This document shows, one piece after another, positions 13,501 through 26,088 of a stretch of DNA of 64,000 bases (positions within the stretch are counted from its first letter, which is position 1; every line of letters begins with the position of its first letter). Origin of the DNA: Dimorphilus gyrociliatus (lineage: Eukaryota > Animalia > Annelida); NCBI GenBank assembly GCA_904063045.1, contig CAJFCJ010000001.1:310001-374000 (forward strand). Reading direction: 5' to 3'. A program made the position numbers and the translations under genes. The notes below the pieces were generated by a model. It had not been told where the DNA came from and searched no databases. It saw nothing but the letters and a program-made list of their open reading frames with translations.

Positions 13501-16500
13501 GGGTCACGGATGAAAAAGTAGTCTGTTCCCTTTTATTGAAGAGGCGAGAGGATAGGGGAGAAAAATAATAACGAAATCAAGGATAAGGTCGAAGTAGAAG
13601 GTTATAAAGAATATTCCCTAGCTAATTTATCCAGAACCTGTATTCCTTGGGGTTTACCAAACGTTCAGACGTATAGATATCGTCCTAAGATTACAACTTA
13701 GGTGATACAACGATATATTTATAATACACACCTGTTATTTAACGCCTCATTATCTCTTTCGAACTTCTCTATATACGACAAGGGATTTATAGCAATTCGA
13801 GAGCAGCGTTAGCTCTCGTCATCAACTCGTTATGAATATTGATGAAGTGGCTTCGAGATGGCTTCGTTTGTTTCTTTTAAAGAAAACCTTGATGCTGAGA
13901 TTCCAAAAACATCTGTTGAAACCGGCAACACTGTCACTCTGTAATTGGTTACTGCCAACGTAGAATGTAAATACTATATAACTATTTACGTATGACGAAA
14001 ATTCTAGAGGAAGTCTTAATACAGTGCTTTTATTGATCTGACAAAATTGAAAAAGAACGCTGATCAAAGAGTCTCAGTTCCCCCATCCCTTCATCAAGAA
14101 TACGACGGAGTGATGCGTAAAAAATGGAGAGAAGGGAGGGGCGGAAAAAGGTGTAGAAAGGAGGGAAAAAAGGTTTTCGATATAAATATTAGAGGATTTT
14201 TGGATAAACCTTGACATAAAGCGATGAAAGTAAGCCGATCATTTGTAGGTGGGGGAGGCATTTGGTATATATCACTCTCTAACCTCCTAATTATCTCTCC
14301 TATAGAATAATTTTTACAAAAAATATTGACAAAAAGAACTGTTAATAGTTCGATATCTATCCAATCGATTGATTCGATAAACATCTATTATACATGCTCT
14401 ATATTCAATATAATATTAAATATAAGACTGTTTATCGAATGATCTGTAATTTATAATGCGTCAAATTTTACTCGTAGTATACTGAATATCGATATACTGT
14501 ATGTATAAAAAAAAACTCTGAAGAGAACGTCCAAATTGCTCGCTGACGCCTACTAGACGTTTCGAATTGAGTTTTGCTGCAATTGCACCGCGTCGCATCT
14601 GGCTTCTTTACGACTTGCCAATTCGCTATTTGAGATATTTCTCTTCTTCAATTCGATTCTATCAAGCAGCCGAGCGTATAAATTCCGTTAGAAGCATCGT
14701 TCATCAGATGGCGTTACTTTACAGGTGCCAACGCGATTATATGGAAATCTACATAAGAGTCGAAAACATCTCGGACTATAACAAATGGGATCTTCATAAT
14801 AAATATTGTGGAAACTCGGTGAAAGAAGTTCCGAAAGTTCTTGTCTCCTATTATCGAATTATTATAATAGGTTTATTCACCGTAAAGAGGAGTCCCCAAG
14901 ATGCTCCATATGATAGGAGGACGGGCTACAAGGGCTTCGCCGGTACTTACGAGTTTATCTCTGACAGTATTTACAACGTAAGTCTTCACTGCGATATGAA
15001 CTTGCCCTAGAAAACTAAATCCCAAAATCATTTCCATAATACAGATTGGCAAGATAGGAAATAGGAAATCCGACTGTCGTTATCTTTTAACGAAACCGAA
15101 TGGTACAGTTGTCTCCCCAACATATCCTGGTCAGTATTCAGATAACATGAATTGTGAGTGGAAAATTGAAGGCCCGAAAAGGACAAGAATATATTGGAGA
15201 TTCGAAGATTTAGACGTTTTCGATGGTGGAAAGCAGTAAGTTCTATTATTGAATCATTATTTTAACAGAGTGATAATACGTGATACTTATTTTCTTTATC
15301 AACCCATTAGCTGCCCCTATGATTCGGTTGTTATCTATGATGGCAATTCTATTAATTCACCGACAATAGGTACTTTTTGCGGAAAAGACTCTGGTTTAGA
15401 GATATGGTCTACTACAAATAGTCTAATTATCTCCTTTACAACGAAATCTGGCAGACAATCGGATACAAACATCCAATTTACGAAAAACAATGATATTACT
15501 ATGGCAGGCTTCCGAGCAATTTATCGCATTTCCAATAAAATTGTGTCCTTAGATTCGAATACCTTGACACATGTCAGGGGAACTGAATGTGATGAACGCA
15601 TCAAATCTGAAAAAGAATCTGCAGGTGTCATAAAATCACCCCATTGGCCAGGACCTGTTCCTACCAATATTACTTGTGTCTATACTATAGACGGTTTACA
15701 AGATCTTCATAATTTAGAAAAAGTTAAGTTAAATATTACAAATATGACTATTCCCAAGTACGGAGAAAAGTGCACTAGTGGATTTGTCAAAGTCTATCTT
15801 AGCGTACCAGAGAAAGTTGAGGATAGTCTTTCAAAGCCTCCTGATTCAACACTTTGTGGACAAGGTGTGAAAGCTTTTACATCAGCAGGTCCCCGCATGG
15901 TTCTTGTATTTCATGCTCATAACGACAAAGAATATACAAATCGACGATACGGCTTTGAAGCATCTTATCGATTTGTTACTGACTATGCTATACCTGGAAA
16001 ACCTCTTTCAAAATCTGTATGCCATTTTCGTTACTCTTCACGTTCAGCTCGAGTAGGAAGGTTCAATTCACCAAGATTTCCGTCCCGCTACCCTCCTAAT
16101 ACTAAATGTACTTACGAATTACTAGGAAGAAGCGACGAATGGATTAGATTATCTTTCAAGAAATTTGATTTGGATACAAAACCGGATTGTACTGGAGATG
16201 TTCTCTACGCAAAAGAATACGACAACGGTAAAGAGGCTCTAATAGGACGTTATTGCGGGAAATTACCTCCAGGGCCCTTACAATCCGATACGAGTAAGGT
16301 GAAGTTTGTCTTTCAATCTGGGTCAGAATCTGCTGGCTCTGGATTTAAGATAAAGTACGAATTCTTCCGTCGCGTTAGACCCACGAGTGATTCGGAAATT
16401 TGTGGAGCTAACAACTTGGGCAGGGAATATAGAGGAGGAGTTATAATTTCCTCAAATTTCGGTCATAAGTATAAGACAAATAGGACCTGTGACTGGATTA

Positions 16501-17126
16501 TTTCTGTTAAGGCTTGGGCTAGAGTGCTTATTCACTTTTCCGAATTCAATTTGGAGGGCCATCTCGAGAAGCAGGGCTGTGCCAATGCTGTACTAAAAAT
16601 TTATACCCGTAGAACTGCCCTCCCAACATATGAATTCTGTGGTCCTCAATTACCAAATAGAACTTTTTTATCTGATGAAGGCTACATGAAGATTCGTTTC
16701 GTGACTGTTGATAAGGCAATAGGCGGAAAGGGTTTCAAATTAAGCTGGGCTGCTGTAAGAAAACAAGGCAGGTGCGAACAGTTCATATGTCGTAAATCAG
16801 GCTATTGTATAGACAATTCACTAAGGTGCGATAAAATTCCTCATTGCGGACTGGATGACGACAGCGATGAGACGTCAGAATGCCCGAAATACGGCCAGGA
16901 TTCCCTTTTGACTATGATATTAGGGATTATAATTGCTCTCGTAGTATTTGTTATACTCATCGTCTGCATCGTGCATAGAAAAAGAAGGAATGGCAATCAC
17001 AGATCGGGCAAGAACCGATGCAAACAGTTGGAAGTTAAATACGTTACCAGGACAACAAACAATGACCGTTTAAGAGATGGAAGGCGAGAACTATTAGAGC
17101 ACACAGAAAAAGTGTCGAACGTCTAA
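10533..17126 (+). CDS. Receptor B: signal peptide - 5 CUB domains - LDLa - TM - short tail with PDZ-type C-terminus, LEV-10-like architecture (exons 10533-10608, 11693-11888, 14725-14977, 15045-15235, 15311-17126)
   Basis: Exons join in frame (phases 1,2,0,2). Five CUB units, each opening with a G-x-x-x-S-[P/S]-x-[Y/W/F]-[P/G]-type motif. LDLa CEQFICRKSGYCIDNSLRCDKIPHCGLDDDSDETSEC. TM LLTMILGIIIALVVFVILIVCIV. Ends TEKVSNV*. Confidence 0.9.
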
Positions 17127-18499
17127 CAACAAATCAATCGATCAAATATTCCGTTAGAAGAGAAAGAAAAGTTGAATATAGAAAAAGGAAAAGAACAATG
17201 AATTTGATTCTTCTACTTAAATCTCGTTAAAATGGGAATCAGAGAAAAAAAGACGCTTGGCTAATTAATTATAGAGCAGGGTTCGAACTATGCAAACTCA
17301 ATTTTTCCAGCCATATAGTATGACAGCTAGAAAATTTCTCTTGTTGCCTAGATTAGCACGAAACGATTAATGAGATTTCGTTGTGATACAGACTTATTAA
17401 ATAATATAGGCGGGTAAAAAGAATATACTTACGTCACGCAATTGCGCCATCTATCAGATATCATTTTTTTTTCGTAAACAAACACTTCTGTATCGTATAC
17501 AATTCGATGCCGACCTTGCCTTAATATGATGTTACTATTAGCGTATAAACGATCCGTATGCAAACTGTAAACAATGTTCTTTGTGTACTTCATCTATGCG
17601 CGTAGTGTATATGTGAAAATTATATTAGCTAAAGATTTTATCTATCAATAGCCCATAGTTTCTCTTTTCAATCAATTTTCCGATTATTTCCTTGTAAACA
17701 TTTACTACAAAATGAAGAAACTCCCCTTCGTTTCGAACATAGGTTTCCTGCGTGAAACATAGGCTGACAACTTACTTTTTTTTCACAGGAAAGGGCGGCG
17801 TTTGAATAGAGGTAATTAACGCACGCACACTATGCGTTTGATAAATTATGGATGGCAATTACTTGCCAAACTACTTTTTTACACACAAACCGGAGCGTCG
17901 GGGCGAAAAAGAGACACCGAATTGAAAACGCATTAGAATCTTCCTTCACTTTAGTCTTTATCCTTTACCCCTTATTTACGTACCGATTAGTTTCTCGCTA
18001 CACGTATTTAGTTTAGTTTTTACAGTTTCTCAAATGTAGAGACATTTTCCACGAATGCATCATTCTATTTTTACTACAAAAAAATGGTTTATAAGAAGGC
18101 AAGCGTCTATTTAAAGCGTCGTTTCTCATCTCACTCGTTTGATAAATATATTCACAAATATATAAATACTTTATCACTTAATATGTTAAAATCAAGCAAT
18201 TTCATAAATATATGCAGATCCATATAGATCGTGTGCACAGGTCTATTTTGTTTATTGGTATGATAGGCTGCATTTAATCATATGCTTTACTCGTTTTTTA
18301 TACATGGAATATACATATTCTTATTTAAGTAGAAAAGTATCGAACAGGCGAGAAGAGACGTCGCAATTTCCATTCGAACAAGATTACAGTTCGCTGGAGC
18401 ATTGTGGCGCTTCGAATCCCACAGGTGCCACAGCACGGCGCTCATTTCGAACGGCGTCTAGCGGCGTTGCGAACCGTCACTTTTACTAGCGCCGCTGGA

Positions 18500-21400
18500 A
18501 TGATCGGCCGTCTCGCTTTCATCGTCTGCTTTGTAATGATATGGGCGAAAGGTGAGCGACCATCTTAATGTTATTGTTATTTTCGGTCTATTTCTTTATA
18601 TTAACTTTATAAAAGAGGTAGTCTAGAAAGAAAAATGAAATAAATTAGACGATATTAATAAGCGTAAAAATATCACTCGTCTAGTTTTGTACATCGCCGG
18701 AAGACCACCATGGACTTAATATCCTCTGATCAAGGATTCCATTACGGCGACTTAGGGAACTGATTAGTGAAAAGCACTTTTAAGTTTAACTAGATCAGAT
18801 CAATGGGTATATTCTCCCATATATGTATATTAAAAAGGATACTTGTCTATATCGAGATACACTACGTCCGTGTGTACAGTATATAAATAGTTCTCGCCTA
18901 TACGCTCTGCATATAGTCAACATTTATGAATAAGGAAATATAAAACTTATATTACCTTATTATTTCACATTAAAGTGAATCATAAATGCACACTAGTATA
19001 CTTAGAGCTAAGTTAATGATAACGTTTGAGAGAAGTGTAAAATCTGAATTGATGTGCTTTGTTTTTAGCCTTAAAATGATATGTACCCCAAAAAGTAGAA
19101 AGTATCTACACTTCATGCATGCATATACTATACATTAGGCATAGATTATTCTATTTTTACATCATCTGTTAAAAGACGTCTAAAAATATGGATATACACT
19201 CGCACAAAAAAAAACACTACATGTATACTCTGTGCATGACATCGTTTAGTAGAAAATTTTGAAGAAGAAAAGGAACCTGTTTCATCTAATTCATTCCGAA
19301 CTTATTAACCTCTGATGATTTTGTACATTTTTCAAAAACTCTTTGATATTGTATCGCAACGCAAACGAATTCGTACAGAATTTATGAAGGAAAAGAGAAG
19401 GGCAGAGGAAAAAAAATCTGTTCAATAATTAATTAACTCTACGACTCATTCGCCTCACACATTATATCATGTAATCTTCGAGCCGGATATGTTCGATCAA
19501 TTGCGGCGCCTGACTTACGATATTAGATTACAGGTGTCTTAAGAATATGTCTTTGTATATCTCTACATCCCTACTACCTTCTTTGTGTTTATCCACCGTA
19601 AATATTACGATATATGTTTTTATATAAGACGCTCAGCGTTTTTTCCCTCTCTCCCTCTTACGTTCTCTTTCCTTTCTCTCTCACTCCCTCTTTGACTTTC
19701 ACTTGGCCTTCTATTTATATTGGAAACGTTTCTTTTTCTTTTTAATAAAGCGACCGGCGGGGGGAAATTCTTATAATATATGGATTAGACGTCAGAGGAG
19801 ACGCTTAATTGAAACAGCTGACATTCGCGTTTAAAAGAAAATTATTGCTTTCGCTGTAGGCGTCGACGCATCATAATTCACCTTGTCAAAACTCTCGCTA
19901 ATTAACGTCCGTCTGATAAATAATTTCGTCGCGTACGTCTATTTGTTTATGTTATACAAACGCCGCAATATGACAAAGTAGAGAGATGAGAATGCTTAAA
20001 ACGATGAGATAGGCGACCGTTACCGTCTGCATGGAATTCGTGCCGCAATTGCCTTAGAAAGTATACGACGGAACAAATCGCTCAGCGTCTCTCGTTTTTT
20101 CTCCCTCTGCCTTTTTTTCTTGCTTCTTAGACGGATGTACTTCAAAGTAGTTTTTAATGAAGCGATACGACAGCGTCTCTTTTGCAATATATACCGTCAA
20201 CTTTACTGGCATTTCCCCGTGCACGTCGTTTTGCTTTTCAACTTGTTTACTCTCACACCTTTTGCTACTGCAATACTGCAAAAGTCTTATTGACTTGAGC
20301 AAAAAGTAGCACGCTACTTGGCGCCTGCGAAAACGAATCGATAGGGGAAAAGAAAACGCTCAGATGTTTATATATATATTTATGTAGATATATAAATTTA
20401 AACTCTATACGTATCTATATATACTTAAAACTACTTATATATAAATTTATATATATATATATATATGTAGTGTATATATACATTTACATATAGTAAGTAC
20501 AATATACATAAACACACACTCACATTTTATATGTATATACATATATGTATAGTATAGTTTATACATTTATATATACATATACGTATATCTTAGACTAGGC
20601 ATATAGTGTTTAATATATAATGTCTCCATGCAATGTGCAGTAAGGAGAATAAACTGAAGTATACAAAGTCGACTAGTCATTTACTCAACGTTGTATATAT
20701 TATGCAAATATTCTTTTTGTGAGAAATAAAGACAAGATGCATCGTGTTGGGGAAAATATCAGCAGAAATGTAGAGAAAATTTTAGTCTATTGACTACAGT
20801 TAGCTGGCTCTCCAATAGACGCCCATCGACGCCGCCTGGCATAAAAATGACCGGCGGTCAGCGAAATTTTCGTGCGTAGTCGGCGAGAAATCAAGTTCGA
20901 TTGCCTTTGAATAGAACTTCGTTAGAAAGTTTGTCGGCGCAGTATGATTCGATAAGACCAACTCACGCACCAGGTTCACCACCTCTCATCCATATTCATT
21001 ATGTAAATTAGCGAGCCAATTGTTTAATCGTTAAGAGTAAGCAAAGAGAAATACAAACTAAAATGCCTTTTTTTTTCTTCAAGCGAAATTTAATTACTTT
21101 TCTGAAAATAAACATGTACTCTCGCACGTGTATTAAAGTGCTTCATCTATATTCATCGTACGCAATTGGTTTAATTAGAAAAGCATGGCCGTCTATGAAA
21201 TTTACATATACAGCGACGCCCCTAAAGACGCCTTTTGACTTTTAATACAGACTTGAAGCAGGAGGTCATCTGCAAAGGAGAAGATCTCAACCTAGAGTGC
21301 CCTCTTCATAGAATTATTAATGTAAGTTATGCTACCTACGGTCGTGTAGAAAACAAACGATACTGCAACACGGAGGGAGACCGACCCTGCGAAACCGATC

Positions 21401-23576
21401 TTACAGAAAAATTATATTCAAGAGTTTTCGGAAAAAGAGAATATTACCTACCCAATCCATCTTCGATATTCGATAAAAATGGTAGACTTAGCGCTCAATG
21501 TCGTTCAGACAGGCAATATTATTTGATCGTACATTATACGTGCAAACTAAGTAAGTATTATTCATATTTTGTCTTATTATATTTTTATTATCAAAAATCG
21601 AAAGACTAATAGAGATTAGACGGCAACTAATCGAATATAAGAATAATAGTGGCGTACGACGTTAGCCGTTTTATCCATATAATTCAATTAATTACTTAGC
21701 CCTTATCTCTTTACCAAGTCGGCCCGAATCCGGGATGCAGTCGATCTGCACGAAGACCGACCGTATCTAAGGAGGAAAGAGAGATCTACTCAGCAATCGT
21801 TGAAGATTGTGACAATAACCCTAGCTGGACTCTGCAATCGAATTCTGGCTATGTTATCAATTTCGAATTGCTTCACTACAACAATAACTACAGTCTAATG
21901 TTTGTCCCTTCTGGAGACGATCACTGCAAAATTAAACTTGGCCGAATTAAGTCAGGCAACGACGCCATGAGTATTTGTTTATATCCTAGAAATCTACGGG
22001 GCACGTCAAACGCAATAGAATGGAGTACAACAAACAGTATAGCAAAAGTTGAATTCTTTACGCAAGTGATACGACAGCAGGGCGCTAATTTTAAATTAAT
22101 CTATAAAGGTATGCGGCGTTTTTCCTTTAATCTTCCCTTAGCATAAAATCCTATCGTCGTTTTTTTTACAGAGCACGGCTGCGCTCAACCGCAATTTTCA
22201 ACCGATTCATCCATTTTATTACATAGAAAAAACGCCTATACTTTCGAAGTAACGTGCAAAATGTATGAAGCGTCTACATTCGAAATGCGTTGTGAAGGAG
22301 GAAGGTGGTCACCCGAAATAAACGCTCAACGGCAATGTAAGATTTTCCCTTTGTTTAACGTTATTATCTTAAATAGTTTGGGTAAAAAGAATGGAAATAG
22401 AACCGTTGAGAGAAATAATAGCTTGTTAATAACGCAGGCGTGGTTATGCAAATTAGACCGCAGGCATATATTGTAAATAGGTGAAGGCAGAAAGCTGTTT
22501 AGAAGCCGTAACTTACGTCAATGTTGACAATTTTATTCGACGCCCGCTTTCGAGTCTAATTAGGTAGGATACTCTGGAAGGAGGGAGGTTTTAGGTCGTA
22601 AACGCCTACGACGTTAGTCGATTTATCGACTCGGATTCGTTCTATTGTGGATTTCCATAAACAAAGAAACGAACGAACGGATTGGAAAAAGCGTTCTTCC
22701 TGTTCTTTATAAAGCGTTGAAAGTCGAAATACATACTTCTCCCTTTAGTCTATTTTATACTAGGTTAACATTTATGTAGTGAAATATAATTTTTCTACAT
22801 GTAATAATGACATCGCTAGCTTCGTCTTAAATTGCATATAAAGCGATAACTTAACATGAAAAAAAAGTACGATTTCTCTCTTACTTTTAATTTGTGCTTT
22901 TCTAATTATACGTATATCTTTTTTAATTAATAGTTACTCGTATAGTTTTATGATCACGTGATTTTCTTGTTTAACCAGTAAGAGAGTCAACTGCAGGCTA
23001 AAAGCTATAGCCCCAATGGAGTCAATGGCGACGTGTTTTTTTTCATCAATTCTGTGTCAATTTTCCAAAGATTTTCCCAGTGAAATAACGCGAAAATTTA
23101 AAAAAAAATGAGGGAGGAGATACAGAGAAGAATGCATGCTTTGCTGTGTGTTTTTTTTTTAATATATATGCAATACATAATTAACGAATAGGTTGAGTTT
23201 TGCAGTAGAGGAAAAAAATCAAAAATCATTAGCGTCTTTATATCTGAGTGGTCATTGCAGCGTAGTGGGTTTCAGAAGATATATCTATAAATGACGTAGC
23301 GTCTAAAAATATATATTTATAAGGATACGCTCTGCAATTTATATATACAGAATAGAATATATCCTAATATACAGTATATATATATAAGCTGTTGTGGAAT
23401 ATGAAAGTACATTTCTTTACACATAGTGCATGTATACATTGTCCACGGAATACTGCTTCCTTTGATAGTGTATTTAATTTATGTTCGCCCAATTATATAA
23501 TGTTCTTTTGTGCTTATCAAAAATATATGGATTTACTTACAAGTTGTTTATGTGTAGACTCCAAATCTATATACAA

Positions 23577-23630
<54 letters not shown>

Positions 23631-25042
23631 TTATATATGTGCCACATATTTATATATATTTATTTATATGCGACAATTCCCCAAGGCTGTGTGGTACGAG
23701 CGGAATGTCAGCCTTGGAGTGTATACTGATAAATAAGTGAGACGGCTGCAAAGCATGTCGAATGTTAATCATATAATGTATAAGATGTTTTTTTTTTCAG
23801 GCGGCGTCGAAGCGTCTTCCGATGAAAAGCTCCCGATAGGTAAGAAAACACAAAATTATTATTTATTTAAATTTCAAAGGCGAACTAGGATTACATGTGA
23901 CCAACTATTTTTCTTTGACGTCCTTATTTTACTGCTTTAAGGAGCTATGCAAAAAAAAAAAAATTAAACAGTTCGTATAGTCCAGCCAGATTAGCCGTCT
24001 ATTCGTACGCCGCCTAGCGTTCTTCGTGACAAGAATAACTTCTGCAAACCCAAAATGATTTTTGCCAGCTTCTTCCCAATCCTGTCTACTATCTTCTTCC
24101 ACCCGGTGCCGCCCACCCGCCGTTCGTTTCCTCCCCTTTCCCCTCCCTACCCGACCTCATTTTTTCTAAATAAATCTTTTTTCATCAGTGACCTTCTAAA
24201 TAATCCTTTTACAATCTTGTTCACTGTTTTTGTACGTTTTGTGTGAGGGCGTCATATTTTTTTTTCTTGACGCCTTTGCCGCAAGCATGTTATTTAGTCA
24301 TTTACGACCATTTGCATGACTCGTAGCGTGCGACTAGACCGGAGCCTTTGTCGGCGAACGTATTAGCTCGTTAGTATTCGCCTAACCGTCCGTTTTACGC
24401 TAATTTAAACGCCTATAGGCCTCATACGACTAGTCGATCAATCGCTATTGTTCCGCAGGCGTTTGGGTGGCCGTCATAATCGGGATGGCGTTGGTGGTGA
24501 GTGCAATTATACTAGTAATTGGCTTTGTTTTCTTGAAGAGGTATAAGGCCCTCGTTGGACACGAGTCAAGTAGGTCAATTAACCGACTTGTACCTTTCAG
24601 GCAAAGACGCCTTAAGGAGTTGGAGCGAAGAAAGCAGGAAGACTACAGCAGAGCTGTCTATTCCTGGCCAAATTCAGGGTCCGTAAAAGGAAATGTTACA
24701 GCATCAACAAGGCCTGATTTAGTGTTTGATGCCGAAGCAGACTCTCTTCTCCATCCAGCTGATCATGGTATTGGTAATGAGAGAGAAACTGACGAAATTT
24801 ACCGGAGGATAGCGCTAGACCCGGGGGTCTTGCTTGTAACATCCGATGGCTCCGATTTACCGGAGGTGCTTAGAATGCAGCCACTTCGTAGTGTTAGGAA
24901 ATTATCGAAGAAGGACACAAGGGCCTACATTTACGAAGACGAGTTTGAGAACGTCGCCAATTCGATGATGGACGCCAAGAACGATGTAGGCGTCGTTTAC
25001 GCTAAATTGCCTTCGAATGACAGTATTCCGGCTGCAATATAA
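18500..25042 (+). CDS. Receptor C: paralog of receptor A; signal peptide - SUEL lectin - CUB - Sushi - TM - Tyr-motif tail (exons 18500-18551, 21251-21550, 21719-22108, 22172-22336, 23801-23839, 24459-24540, 24601-25042)
   Basis: In-frame GT-AG junctions with the same phases and domain-per-exon layout as receptor A, plus a 39-nt stalk exon. Lectin LECP..INVSYATYGR. Sushi GCAQP..C..MRCEGGRWSP. TM GVWVAVIIGMALVVSAIILVIGFVFL. Confidence 0.85.
20340..20620. repeat. TA-rich low-complexity tract in intron 1 of receptor C
   Basis: Direct reading. Confidence 0.8.
23575..23665. repeat. Long (TA)n microsatellite
   Basis: About 45 bp of uninterrupted TA plus degenerate flanks. It produces the spurious YIYIYI ORFs. 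Confidence 0.95.
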
Positions 25043-25917
25043 GACCCTCCTTCCCCTCAAACCCTTATTTTTTCATTTTTTTTCCTTTTTTTAACAATCA
25101 AATCTCTGGATTATATTAGAGGCAACATCCGTTTACGGATAGTTTAAAATTTTTCTCTTATATCCATCTGTCTCTTTTTTTATACGTAATAAACAAGTCG
25201 GGCGTTCGTCCTATAATAACTGGGGAAAACGCACGTTTCAACCCTGGAAGGGAAACGAGGCAGCATAAGACTGCGTGGAAAGAATTTAGAAAACTAATGA
25301 TTATATATTACAGTATATATGAGTACTGTAAAAATTAATATACATTACATGCATCTTGTATACACGGAATACATGAATATATATAATATTCTCATACAGT
25401 ATATAATTTAACGGAAATCTCGTATGTATATCTAGGATATATCACAAAGTGCACATTAAGTCTAGTATCTATCATATAGTTTACAATATGAAATTTAAAA
25501 ACTAGAAGGAAAGAGCGAAGAGTCTAGAGATTCTATAAATGTGATAAAGATCGACGTACCCCGAATATCTTAGGATTTTACAAATCTCTTTGATATTAGC
25601 CTTTGTAGTCATATATATCACTTTCTTTTTCAATGTATTATACTTGGAGACAATTTAACGCTTGCAGTAGTGCAAATTAGGTGTGTATGTTCGTTGATGT
25701 ACACATTACAATAGTCAGTTATGGCCTATAACTCTGTATATACCTAAGTATTTTATGAGCGTTCTTTATTTAATTAAACGAATCAACTGTTTACGATACA
25801 ATTTTTATTTAAATACTGCTGTGTATACATTAAACACTTATACTGTTTACATGGCATTTAAGTTATATATCAATGGTATACATAATTTTATATATTAACT
25901 TACGGGTGTCATTGATT

Positions 25918-26055
25918 CATATATATATATATATATATATCCGGATGTTTAACTTATTAAATTTGGATCAATATATATATATATGAGTATATATTAAATA
26001 TATATATATATAGTATATATAATAATATATATACTATATACTGTATATATATATC
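25918..26055. repeat. (TA)n-rich tract between the convergent 3' ends of receptor C and PHLPP
   Basis: Direct reading. Confidence 0.85.
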
Positions 26056-26088
26056 AATAAGTATCGAAAAAATATTGTATATAAGTTA

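Noticed and set aside
18395-18430. tRNA-Leu-like fragment GTGGCGCTTCGAATCCCACAGGTGCCA
   Set aside because: It has a T-loop-like TTCGAATCCCAC and a GCCA end, but the T-stem does not pair in register, there is no D or anticodon arm, and the acceptor stem pairs poorly.
20131-20293. Acceptor followed by a 52-aa ORF with a hydrophobic stretch in receptor C intron 1
   Set aside because: There is no phase-1 donor to join exon 2, splicing from exon 1 gives an immediate stop, and I recognise no homology.
23392-23940. ORF-track entries rich in YIYI, and similar ones at 4322, 5199, 31639, 42793 and 44855
   Set aside because: These are translations of (TA)n or (CT)n microsatellites and AT-rich introns or UTRs.
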